Of a stretch of DNA of 64,000 nt, positions 38,215-50,075 are shown one piece after another. The stretch covers positions 10,277,347 through 10,341,346 of the forward strand of contig NC_086380.1 of the NCBI RefSeq assembly GCF_036588685.1, read 5' to 3'. Under the pieces are notes generated by a model. That model saw only the letters and a program-made list of their open reading frames with translations, did no database searches and was not told where the DNA came from. Position 1 is the stretch's first letter, and each line of letters begins with the position of its first letter. The position numbers and the translations under genes are program-made. The stretch is from Mytilus trossulus (lineage: Eukaryota).

Positions 38215-39300
38215 AAAAGAGGGACCAAAGATACCAAAGGGACAGTCAAACTCGTAAATCTAAAACAAACTGACAACGCCATGGCTAAAAATGAAAAAGA
38301 CAAACAGAAAAACAATAGTACACATGACACAACATAGAAAACTAAAGAATAAACAACACGAACCCCACCAAAAACCAGGGGTGATCTGAGGTGCTCCGGA
38401 AGGGTAACCAGATCCTGCTCTACATGCGGCACCCGTCGTGTTGCTTTTGTGATTACAAATCCGGTAAAATTCTAATTCAGTAGGTCAAATTCATGAAAGG
38501 GAAGGGGATTGTAGCTACGACGTAAGGAACATATCCGATATCATTTGTGAAAAGGTTATTCCATAACGGTCAACCAACTCGTGATGGCGTCCGTAAAATT
38601 TACGAAGGGATGATTTCAACTTCACTATTTGGAACTCTTGGTTTAATAGCTTCCTTGTGAGCAGTAACCCTCTATCAAGAAAATCATGATAGGAAATGCA
38701 AGCACGGAAATATCGTATCAATTGGGACATATATACCCCGTATGCAGGTGCTGCTGGAATGTTGCTACTTAAAAATGGAAAGTTCACAATTGGAAAGCTG
38801 AAATCATCTCTTTTGTCGTAAAGTTTTGTCTTCAACCGACCCTCATTGTCAATTTCTAGATGTAAGTCAAGATATGAAGCCGACTTAACTGTATCTGTAG
38901 TATCCTTTATCTCCAATTCGATGGGATAGATGCGATCAACATAGTCACCGAATTTTGAATTGTTTAGTGAAAGAACGTCATCTATATAGCGGAAAGTAGA
39001 GTTAAAGGATATTGCTAACTTCTTATCTTTCTTCCTAAGAAGTTCCTGCATGAAGTCAGCCTCATAATAATAAAGAAACAAGTCAGCAAGTAGAGGGGCA
39101 CAGTTTGTTCCCATTGGGATGCCGACAGTCTGTTGAAAAACACGTCCTCCGAACGTAACAAATATGTTGTCAATCAAGAAATCAAACATCTTGATAATAT
39201 CGGTATCAGAGAATTTTTTATTTGAATCAGAATGATTCTTTACAAGGTAGGAATATATAAAGTATATTATAATGATTTGTGTCGCGTTCTAAACTAGTTT
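38215..39300 (-). mobile_element. Decayed retroelement copy: RT fragment plus 3' tail that is a family-C SINE-like sequence
   Basis: The RT ORF stop at 38515 is followed in minus sense by ~300 bp (38215-38465). That stretch equals the family-C short repeat (GGTGCTCCGGAAGGGTAACCAGATCCTGCTC...GGCACCCGTCGTGTTGC) seen many times elsewhere in the window. Confidence 0.55.
38515..39189 (-). pseudogene. Reverse transcriptase domain fragment of a retroelement (Penelope-like motif pattern; class uncertain)
   Basis: ORF with GIPMGTNCAPLLADLFL (an 'xMG..xAP..AxLF' motif, not the QG..LSP of LINEs) and FRYIDDVL (a Y-x-DD catalytic box). Its C-terminal region KLYDKRDDFSFPIVNFPFL...PAYGVYMSQLIRYFRAC is shared with the ORF at 42097-42600. 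The N-terminal RT motifs are missing, so the copy is truncated or decayed. Confidence 0.6.
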
Positions 39301-41455
39301 TTCTGAAGCTAAAATGTTATTTATCTATTCTAAGTAGTTATCTATTCGGACTTTGTAAGTCAGTGTGAGATCACCCTCTGGCCTCTGGCCATTGGGATGA
39401 TCTTACACTGACACACTGCATCCTCATGAGATAACTATCACAGAACAAAATCACTTACTTGAAACCTCATATCTTCAGTACAGATGGTATAACCAAGAAA
39501 AAATGTTGTTTAAATAACTGGAAATAATGAAATTAATTTCACCGGAAAAAACTCGTCAATGATACGCGCCTTTATGACCTCATTTACCAGATAGAGGGGA
39601 TCGCCTGTATCCCTGCATTATTAACGTTCATCAATCGTTTTATATTAGTGATCATCATTGTAAGATAAACTCGAAATAATGGTTGTTCTGTAGGTACTCA
39701 ATGACAATTCTCTAATGCCAGCAGTGCTGATTATTTATATTGAGAATTCAATTTGACGAAAAATTCGTACAATATAGAATTTTAGTTTTCCAACCACTCG
39801 CTCAAGATTGGAATGGGAGGACGCCCCTTAACGCACAAATGACGTTCACTAACACCAGAGTTTTTGACGGAGATGAAGCTAACTCGAAAGTTGTCTATTC
39901 AATTATTTATAGTCCTCTTACTAGTTTGTGCGCCTATTTGTGTATACAATAGTTATTGTAAATATATAATAAGACATATTCCGCTATTAAGCTGATATTT
40001 GTCTTAAAAACGCAGAAGAGATGATAAGAATGGTCAAATAGAAGCAAAACAAATACCTAACTCCATAAAAAATAACTAAAACAGACATGAAAATTTAATA
40101 TTATATACACCAACGGAACTAATGGATAACAACATAAAATTCCTGACTTGGTACTGACAATTTGTTAATAGAACAATGCGTATAAAATCAGGTTTTATAG
40201 CAAGGTACAATTCCTGCTTATAAGACGTATGTTTATAGTTCCATTATTTAGAGAATATAGTTTAGTATCAAAGAAATGAATATTTTGGTAAAATGTTAAT
40301 TTCTCTCCTTTTCCTTTGCCCAGTCAAATAATTCAAGCAAAATTGGATTTCTTTTGCAATACAATATTTCCAGGAATTTAGTTGTCAAGAGTTTTGTGGA
40401 CAGCTTTTTGTCTTTCTTTTTTTTTAACAATGGCCTAACGCTGATATCAACTTCGCCTTTATGTCAAGTAATTAGAAATACCACTAGATAGAAAAGGCCA
40501 TGGTTCTAGGAATCATTACGAATGACATTGAAATATAATTCAAAATCTTAAATATAAAGGGTTTTATAAGTTTGATTTATTATAGAATCAAGAAAGCTAT
40601 TTTCAAAATGTCATTCACATGTATTAATAAGTATTTACGCGTTTTTCCATATTTATGGCATATTCTAGTGTGTTGCAAAAAAAAAAATATATATAAAGTA
40701 AGATTGAATGCGATTACAATGAATCATCTCGGGTTAACTGATTTTCTTAGCTTCGGTGTTATTTATTCTAAAAATTCTTATTTGTTAAGCACATTAGAAA
40801 GGTTCTTAGAAAAATATGCAATCGCAATATAAATATGATTATAAAATAATACCTTTCATTTATTTACAAAGTGAGTCTTTAATCACCTTAAGCATTTTCA
40901 AAGCCGTAATGTAGACAAAAAGAATTATTCAAAATAGTACATAAAGTTCCATTTTCGTTAAAACTATGTCGGTCCACTCACAACTCCTTTATTCTAACAA
41001 TGAATGTGTATTCAATGTGACATAGATACATTGGGACTATTGTATATGTCTTAAAAGTTTTTGCCCGTGATATGTATTACAGGATACTGTCGTTATAAAC
41101 CTCGGATAATCATTCTTTTTTTTCGAATACAAAACAATTACTTAAATGTCTTCAGATTTAGCTTACTTAGTTTCTGTAAATTTGAGTAAATTTTAAATAC
41201 ATGTATTCTAAATGATTAATATCAAACTCTACGAAAATACAGAGCTAAACATTGTACATATTGTACACTGTGGGTAGAGAGCCACCCACCTAGAGTCCAA
41301 AGTAAAGTTAATTTGCCTGTCAACACCTTTCGGTTGATATAAATATATTGACAAAATGATATAGTCGGGACGGGTAATTTATTTTTCAATAGAAATGTAG
41401 AAAGAATTCAAGTTTAGGTTGCCATTGGTTTAATCAATTTTGACCTTTTATACAC

Positions 41456-42610
41456 TTATAAAATTGAGAATGGAAATGGGGAATGTGTCAAAGAGACAAC
41501 AACCCGACCAAATAAAAAAACAACAGCAGAAGGTCACCAACAGGTCTTCAATGTAGCGAGAAATTCCCGCACCCGGAGGCGTCCTTCAGCTGGCCCCTAA
41601 ACAAATATATACTAGTTCAGTGATAATGAACGCCATACTAATTTCCAAATTGTACACAAGAAACTAAAATTAAAATAATACAAGACTAACAAAGGCCAGA
41701 GGCTCCTGACTTGGGACAGGCGCAAAAATGCGGCGGGGTTAAACATGTTTGTGAGATCTCAACCCTCCCCCTATACCTCTAACCAATGTAGAAAGGTAAA
41801 TGCATAACAATACGCACATTAAAATTCAGTTCAAGAGAAGTCCGAGTCTGATGTCAGAAGAAGTAACCAAAGAAAATAAACAAAATGACAATAATACATA
41901 AATGACAACAGACTACTAGCAGTTAACTGACATGCTAGCTCCAGACTTCAATTAAACTGACTGAAAGATTATGATTTCATCATATGAACATCAGGCATAA
42001 TCCTTCCCGTTAGGGGTTTAGTATCATACCATCATAACATATATGAGAAGAACATAACCCGTGTCATGCCAACAACTATTTTTAGAATAAATGTGTTTAG
42101 TTCCGACGCAAAGACCTTATCAGTGACTCAATATTAACGCCAAAATATGCAATCTTTAATGACTTGACAACAGTATCGTAATTATATCCCTTCTTAATAA
42201 GTCTATTCAAAGGTTTTGTAAGTTTTTGAAGTGAATACTGACAGCTTTGTGCTTTATACAGAATATTTCCATAAAAAATTGGATGTGAAATACCTGAACG
42301 TATAAGAAGTCTGCATGTTGAGCTATATTTACGAATGATGTCTTTATACCGATGATAAAATTTAGTAAATGTTTTGACTAGTTTGTGATATCGAAAACCC
42401 TGGTGTAATAATTTTTTAGTAATACATAAATTTCTCTCGTTAAAATCTAAAACATTGTTACATACACGACTGAATCGTACAAGTTGAGATATATAAACAC
42501 CGTTAGATGGTGACAAGGGAACGTCACCATCTAAAAACGGATAATTAACGATAGGAAATGAAAAATCATCCCTTTGATCATAAATTTTAGTATTTTAGTA
42601 ACTATTTCTA
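41456..42610 (-). mobile_element. 5'-truncated retroelement copy of the same RT family: C-terminal ORF plus ~640-bp 3' tail
   Basis: The minus ORF 42097-42516 extends in-frame to ~42600 as ...KIYDQRDDFSFPIVNYPFLDGDVPLSPSNGVYISQLVRFSRVC..., homologous to the 38515-39189 ORF C-terminus. Its 3' tail (41456-42096) is ~98% identical to 55476-56100. The tail terminus 'aaaattgagaatggaaatgggg' (plus) recurs as short 3' fragments at 36135-36245, 25145-25200 and 49165-49200. Confidence 0.6.
42097..42516 (-). pseudogene. C-terminal ORF fragment of the retroelement polymerase
   Basis: It is homologous to the C-terminal 90 aa of the 38515-39189 RT ORF (GVY[IM]SQL[VI]R[FY].R.C....F..R.L..TKKLL.QG). No upstream RT core is present. 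Confidence 0.5.
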
Positions 42611-45600
42611 CGTTTCCTTGTGTGTTTTTGTTGCACCTCGGTCGGTGTTCCTGTTGGTCCTTAGATTTCCTCTTACAGTTGATGTGTTTCCCTCGGTTTA
42701 GGTTTGTGACCTGGAGTTTTTTACTCTAAATTAATTCATGACTTTCGCACACCGGTATACTACTGGATCATATTTTCCTCTTTTTGATCATTGACGTTGA
42801 ATCGAATAGACATTCTGCAAAATGGATGACAAAAGTATGTTGTGTTTGTACATAGTAATTGTCTCCACAAAACCACAAAATTAGATATTTACAAAAATTT
42901 CAAAGATGGATTGAAATGTCGTTAAATCGTCTTTTGATTCATGTATTTCAATTTCTCTATGTCATCTTTTCAACATTGATGTATTACATACGTCAATACA
43001 TGGTATAGAAAAAGAAAGATTTGAAATTGATCCTTCATTGTCTACACAAAGAATGCTCGTTTTATACATCCCCATCTGATGTGTCCACACCGTTTTACTT
43101 AGCTACCAAGGTATTTATCAAGGTTGGTGATTGATTCGAACAGGTTGGGAACAAACACCCACATGGGTGATAATTAACCCATTTTGTGTTTCAAAGTCTA
43201 TATGGGATATAAATTTACTGAGCAAACAAGAAGTTGTAGTAATTAAGATATTGAAAATATAATTTGGTCGTTATTGATTTTTCCAGAAAAAGGAACACGT
43301 TTCTCTATAGAATCCTTTGAAAACAGAATATTCCAAAGGATCATACTCATAAAGATATTCAAATATGTTGGAAACAAATGTTGCTGCCTTTTTTTAACTA
43401 TAAATGCATATCCCATTGGTGTATTTAATAATCAACTAGATATGGTAACCATATGAGTTAATGTTCAAAACATGTTGGATGGTAGATAAAAGACGAAACG
43501 TGAAATGAGAGTATAAAAAAGTACTGTTGTATTCCAAGGTTAAATTCCAGCTGTAGAATAGTGATTTATTTTACGTACTTTAACTGGTCTAGAATTTTTG
43601 AATTATTTTGTCATGAAGAATGATTTGATAGAGGTTTCTTCAATGATCACTCTATCAATTATCACTTACAGAAGAGGAATTCACATATCCAACCATAATT
43701 ATAAAAACAATCAAGACTATTTCAAAAATGCATTATATGAAATATTTGTTACTAGCTGTTATATCAAACACCACTAAAACAATAATCTTCTATTAAATGA
43801 AAGAACAACGATGACCAAGGACATTTAAACTTTTAAGTCGATGCAAACGTTGAAAAAATAGAAGCATTTAATAAAACAAGCGTATAATAGTACAAGCGTA
43901 TGGTAAAAGAAAGCGTATAATTATTGTGATTATGGACTCTCCGAATTGATTTTTCTCTAAGTTTAGTATTTTTGTGATTTTACTTTTCATTACTGTTGCA
44001 AACACAGATAATGGAAATATTCTATTTCAACCGATATTATTTTCCCTTGTTTATGATTATGAGGCAACGTTGATCAACAATTTTGTTTTGTTTTGTTTTT
44101 ATTTTTCAATATTCTGTCGACTAAATATTATGCACTGTCTATTTTAATTCGCTTCATTACTTTTATATTCCATCGATGACTTTCTCCGTACACTTGTATG
44201 GACATTAACAATATTTATGTTTGATTTCGAGTGATAAATCATATCGAATGGATGAGAATGGTAATTAAATCTCCTCTCTTTTTGTATTTTACTAATATTT
44301 GTGTTGAATATATAAGTCTTCACCAGTCTAGCATTTTCTATAGATTGATTGATCGGACATGGTTTTAACAATGTTAAAGAATTAATGGAAGAAAGGTCAT
44401 TACCCAGAAAGAAATTTCAGTAGTATTTTTTCACAGTGTGGTTTGTTTTGATTCATGGCAACATTTTCTCCTTTAATAATGAATTCCATTATGAGACTAA
44501 CTTACACAATCCTATCCTTTGGACAGAACAATTTTAAAACATATGCATTTGCATATCTACTAACTAATTATCTAACCTACAAAAATAATAAACATTTCTT
44601 TAAAAGGAAAGATCTGTCCAAATAAACCTAATTAAAAGCCTGGGAGCATTGAAAAGACAGGCGAAAATTAACAAAATGTAAGGAATGTTTAAACCCATAA
44701 CAGGCATACTTCGAAAATAGACTGACAACGTCAAGGCTTTAAGGATGTATTCTTCTGACTTTTCAGTCTCGTTCAGTCTCGTTGAAATCTCGTTCTTAAA
44801 TCATTTCCAAAACATATGATAGAGGTGGAAAATATCAATGAATTTTAAAAAAAATTATAATCAAACATAACTCTGTGAAAAAAATGTGTATTTACCATGA
44901 ACGGTTTTTGAATAATCCAGTTTTCAAATTTTACGACCATTCAAGTCAGTATTTTTAGTCAAAATTTTGAGAAAGTGGGTGAGGGATATAAAAATGATTT
45001 TACAAGAATAATATACATCCCATCTCATTTTGGTCTTTTCAAATTTCTTAGATATGTATTTTTTCAATCATTTATAACAAAAAAGTTGAATTAATATGCA
45101 TTTTGTTCTTTAAAATGAGAAAAATCATAAAAATACAAAATTGGCAGTATGGTAAATTTTACACAAAAAAGCATCAAAATATGATAAAACTTTCTTATAT
45201 TAACACCTACCTATAGTTTTTGTAAGTTAAATTTATTCAGATTGGTCCACTTCATCTTTATGGAAAGTATGAAAAAAAGTTTAATTGTGGAACTGTGATT
45301 TTTTTCATGATATTAGCCCAAAAATAGGTAAAAATCAATGAAAAGTGAGAAAATCATCAAAATTGGGCATTTTCAAAGGGCCGTAGCAAAAAAAGAAGCA
45401 CACCACCATATGATTTTTTCTTCACCAATTGTTTTGTTAAAGTCTTATAAACCTAAAAATCAGGTTAAGAAAAAAAGTTTAATTCTAGAAATGTTTGGCT
45501 CCTCAGAGGTGTACATCCTTGACATGATTTATGTCATACTGACATGATTTATAACAAACCTCAACATAGTTTCTGAATAAATTTTGAAATTAAAAGAAAC

Positions 45601-46698
45601 TAGAGGTGTAAACTTCCTCCGGCTAAGGTGACCTTGAATTAACCTTACTATTATGTAGGTGTTGTTGTTTGCCCACCTGTTTTGTTTCTTCTGCATCATT
45701 AGCTCGGAAATGTTTTGATTTTATCATTCTTGATGAAGGCAAATCAAGAAAGGGGTCCAGACATAAGACATCTATATCGGTTTTTGTTCTAGTATACTTT
45801 AGACCGTAGTAAATTTTCATTTGACCAATTCTACTGTTTACCTTTATTATTATTTTATTCTCACAAAATTTTCTTTAGAAATTCTTTATTTAAGATCTCA
45901 ATTTTGATAATAAAATGATTTCCAAGAAAACATCACAAACCAGTTTTGTTTTAACCTGAAATAGTTTTATTAGTAAGTGGCATTGTGTATATTGTATATC
46001 CACGATACATTAAAATACACGACAACGAAATATTGGTAACTATATATTCTCTCTTTCAATTCAAACGAATATTAGAACCTGAATGCATAATTAAGTGTGT
46101 CACTGAAATGACTCGAGAGAATTTGTCGTCTGTGATCAACAGCTGAGAGAAATGCCAGGCTCCTATGTTTTGTGGTTTATTTAATGAAAACTAAATACAA
46201 AAGACTTGCTTCAATTCCCTGGCTATCATTTCGCCTAAACACAAAATTAAAACAAAATTAGTTTTTGGTTTTGTAATGATTTCAGTTCCCGCTGAATAGA
46301 ACAATATGATGAATAATGGGAAGACGCAGATAGAAGGAATTTTTGTTTGTAATCGGTATGACTCATATTTTAAATTAAAGAATTTTGTTCCCTTTCTTTT
46401 TTCACATTGTTTTGAGACAGAAAATCGCTCTGTCACTTGTCACGTGTTCTGAGGGATGCATGGGAGAATGAATAGTTCTTTTTTTTCAAATACTACTTTC
46501 ATGCTACGGCTTAACAACAAAAAATCGTCGACCGTTGAAAGAAAAATATAATGCATAATAATTATAGAGTAAAACACATAAAAAATATTTTATAACATAA
46601 TGTCAGTTGCTGTAAATAGTATATATCAAGATCAACTTTAAATAATCACCAATGCTCTTCAACTTTGTACTTGTTTGGCTTTATAAATATTTTGATAT

Positions 46699-46746
46699 GA
46701 GCGTCACTGATGAGTCTTATGTAGACGAAACGCGCGTCTGGCGTAC
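46699..46746 (+). ncRNA. Hammerhead ribozyme motif (intact core) in a solo retrozyme fragment (46650-46790)
   Basis: gagcgtca-CUGAUGA-GUCuuauguaGAC-GAAA-CGCGCGUC|uggcguac. It is identical in its core to the 18771 copy. The flanking 50 bp upstream and 'ctaaattataattctggtacttttgataactat' downstream match the retrozyme unit. Confidence 0.65.
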
Positions 46747-48289
46747 TAAATTATAATTCTGGTACTTTTGATAACTATCTACAATATATATATATGCATT
46801 TCACGTACAATCATTTGTTACATTGTAAAACGTTCATCGACACAGGTGTTACAATATATGAAAAACAATGACTATGTGTTATACTCATCGGGTTTTTCAA
46901 TTATCCAGATAAAAATTAATTAAAGGTAATAAGTGAATAATGTAGATATACTTTTGGTGTAACTTTATACCAAATTCTGTCTGTGAAGTTTAACAAATTT
47001 CCAAACTTTTATAACATTGTAATAATTCGTCGACACCGGTGTTCTGAAGCAATAATGACTCCATGTTATATTTCTTCAGGTTTTGCCTTATTATTTAGAT
47101 AAAGTTGATTAGATATAATGAAGTATTAAATTGTAGATATATTTATATTATATTCGAAATTTCCTTTTTGAAATTAAGAAAATGGAAAAACTTTATTTTT
47201 ACGTTTGTATTGTTTACATGCTCAATATATTTTTTATTTATATTCAAGGATGTTTAAAGAATCAGAAAATTACCGACGACATATTTTTTTGTGTTTTCTG
47301 TCAAGTAATAACAATTTCGTATTTAAATAGGTCTGTTTGTGTGACAATCTTTTGTGATAATCAGCCTTTCTGACAATATCTTTATTTTCTCAACAATGTA
47401 TTTAACATTTAACATTTTTTTCATTATTTGCACATGAGTCTATGAGGGATTGATCAATACAGAGTAAAATTAGAATTACAGATTATAATGTTGTCAATTC
47501 AAGAACCAATAGTTTCTTTTAATTAAGAAACCTCTTTGGTATATATTCTTCTGTCTATGAAAAAAACACCATCAGCAATGTGTTGCACACTGCATAACTC
47601 CCTAAGCTGGTTTTTTTAAAGGTGTGTATCACATGTTTTAGATTATTTCGAATAGACAGAAAATGTATTGCAGTCATTCCTTGTAAGATTTTCATTGTTT
47701 TCGACTTTTTAAACATGTAGACTATGGAAATGCTTATTTACAATATTTGTCTAATCTGCTCTATAAATAATTTTGTTCTTTTTATTCAATAGATCAACTA
47801 TTCGCATACAATGTGTTTGATTTTAAATGATTAAGAAATAAGCTTCTTCTATCTATACAACTTGATACATTTATTACCATTTGCACGATCCATTTAAAAT
47901 TTCTTTTGATTTGTAAGATTAAAGCAAAGATTAAAGTGTAAAAGTCTTTCAATTATTGGAAACATTTTCTAGTTGACATTTGAAAAATAATCTTTTAACT
48001 CTAATCTTACTACTTATTTCAAATCAGTTTAATTAAGGTCTTACGAAGGCATCCATCTGCTATCAAAGAACAAAAATAATCAACTCGCTCATTTTAGTAA
48101 ATAGACATACATGGTAATAGTAAGAGAGATATGAAGCTGATACACACGAAGTAACAATTAAATGAAACATGTTACGATCAAGTGATAAACGAGAAGTGGT
48201 TTTATTTTAAATTATATTGTCGTTAATATTACGACTGAAACAATTGTTTAAGAAATAAATGTTGTTTTTATGTATTTCAACAAAGACAG

Positions 48290-48520
48290 TGCGGAATGCA
48301 TCACGACAGATTTCACATTTGGAGCAGGATCTGCTTAACCTTCCGGTGCACCTGAAATCATCTTCAGTGTTTTTATGGGGTTCGTGTTGCTTAGTTTTGT
48401 GTTTTCTTTGTTTTAAATTTTGTACTAATAGTTGTCGGTTTTTTTTTTAATTTTTAGCCATTCCGTTGTCAGTTTATTTTCGTTCTAAGAGTTGTACTGT
48501 CCCTCTGTCCTCTTTCGTCC
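48290..48520 (-). repeat. Family C copy (reverse orientation, full length)
   Basis: It reads ggagcaggatctgcttaaccttccggtgcacc...tttttagccattccgttgtcagtttattttcgttctaagagttgtactgtccctctgtcctc. Confidence 0.55.
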
Positions 48521-49861
48521 TTCTTTTCGATGAATCATCAACACAGTTTGAGTTATTTGTTGTTGATACAATTAGCATTAACAGATCTAGAGTAAACAAA
48601 TCAAGAAAAAATCAAGAAAACCGAACTTTACTATGTTTACTATGATACTATAATAGCATAATCTCTTCATTAGAGATTAACACAAGTTATATGTACACAT
48701 CCTCACAAGAATATTAAGATTTTATATTTCCACCAGGAGCGCGTTATGATGGCGTTTCCATTACCGAATATCTCATAAAAGAAAACACTTCAATGATTGT
48801 CACTGTTTTTTCTATGTTTATAAGACAAGCTTGGTACACATATTAAATCTATAAATATTAAAATATGCTTTCAGTTCACGTCAGTTTTATCTTTTTGCCG
48901 CGTGCTTTCAAAAACATTTGTTCTCAAACCAGTTGTTTGCATGATACAGGTTATGTTCTATGATACTAAACCCCTTACAGGAAGGATAGTGTTTGGTATT
49001 GATATGGTGAAGACACAATCTTTCAATCAGTTTAATTGAGGTCTGAAGCTGAAATGTCAGAAACTGCTAGTAGTCCTTTATTTATTTATGTATCATTGTC
49101 ATTTTGCTTAGTTTCTTTTGTAACCTATTCTGAAATCGGACTTGGACTTCTTAAAAACTACGTTTTACTAAAAATTGAGAACTGAAATGGGGAATGAACG
49201 TATTGCCGTGTGTTTGATTTTCCTTATTGGATAGCGGTATTGGGGCAAAATTGAGACATCATAAAACATTTTAACCCCGCCGCATGTTTTAGCCTCTGTC
49301 CTGTCTTAGGTTCTGTATGATTTTCACTTTTCGTTCTTATACATTTCTTTGAAAATTCACTGATTTTTTAAAAATTTTAGTAAGGTGTCAGCTGAAGACC
49401 TCCTTTGGATGCGGGTATGTATCACTGTGTTGTAGACTTATTGGTGACTTTCTCCTGTATTTGTCAATTTTGTCATATTGTTGTCTTTTTGACACATTTC
49501 CCAGATCTATTTTATTTCTTGTTTTTACGTTGCTTGAATATAGTTTTATGTGATGGACTGCATGTGATCCTAAAATAAACATTATTTTAATAATGATACA
49601 CAATATATCTACCTATCTTTGACATTTGTATGTTTTGTTCACACATTGTTTTTTATGCGACTGTCATGCTAGTGGGACGTTTAACTAGCGATTAAAACAT
49701 TTTCTACATAAGCTTGTTCATTCTTTTGATGTGTTTTGAGCTTTTTATTTGGCGATTTGATTGTGAATGTTTTCTACATAACAATAACCTGTTCATTCTT
49801 TGATGTGTTTTGAGCTTTTATTTTGCCATTTGATTTGGGATGTTTTTGAAATTTTCTCGAA

Positions 49862-49898
49862 GTTCAGTATAAAGAAGAAGAAGAACAACAACAACAAC
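49862..49898. repeat. Microsatellite (AAG)n(AAC)n
   Basis: The sequence is agaagaagaagaacaacaacaacaacat. Confidence 0.8.
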
Positions 49899-49959
49899 AT
49901 ATTCCAAATAAAAACAGAAGAGAAACCAATCATTTCATCATTGATACCAGGATTGAAAT

Positions 49960-50075
49960 TTAGCCAGACGCAAGACAATAAGACGCATCAGTGACGCTAG
50001 AAAATAAAAAAAGTTAAAAAAGTTAAAAATGCCAAATAAAGTACGAAGTGAAAGAGTATGAAGGACCAAAAATTC
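49960..50075 (-). mobile_element. Diverged reverse-oriented retrozyme fragment (HHR remnant lacking GAAA box)
   Basis: The minus strand reads agcgtcaCTGATGcGTCTTATtGTcttg, followed by a body-homologous region (ggaatttttggtccttcatactctttcacttcgtactttatttggc). Confidence 0.4.

Noticed and set aside
41456-42096. Search for hammerhead motifs in the RT-element 3' tails (sense strand), which would tie them directly to PLE pLTR-type HHRs
   Set aside because: Only degenerate matches were found (e.g. GUCACUGAUAAGGUC, with G8 replaced and no GAAAC partner). There is no credible HHR in the tails themselves.
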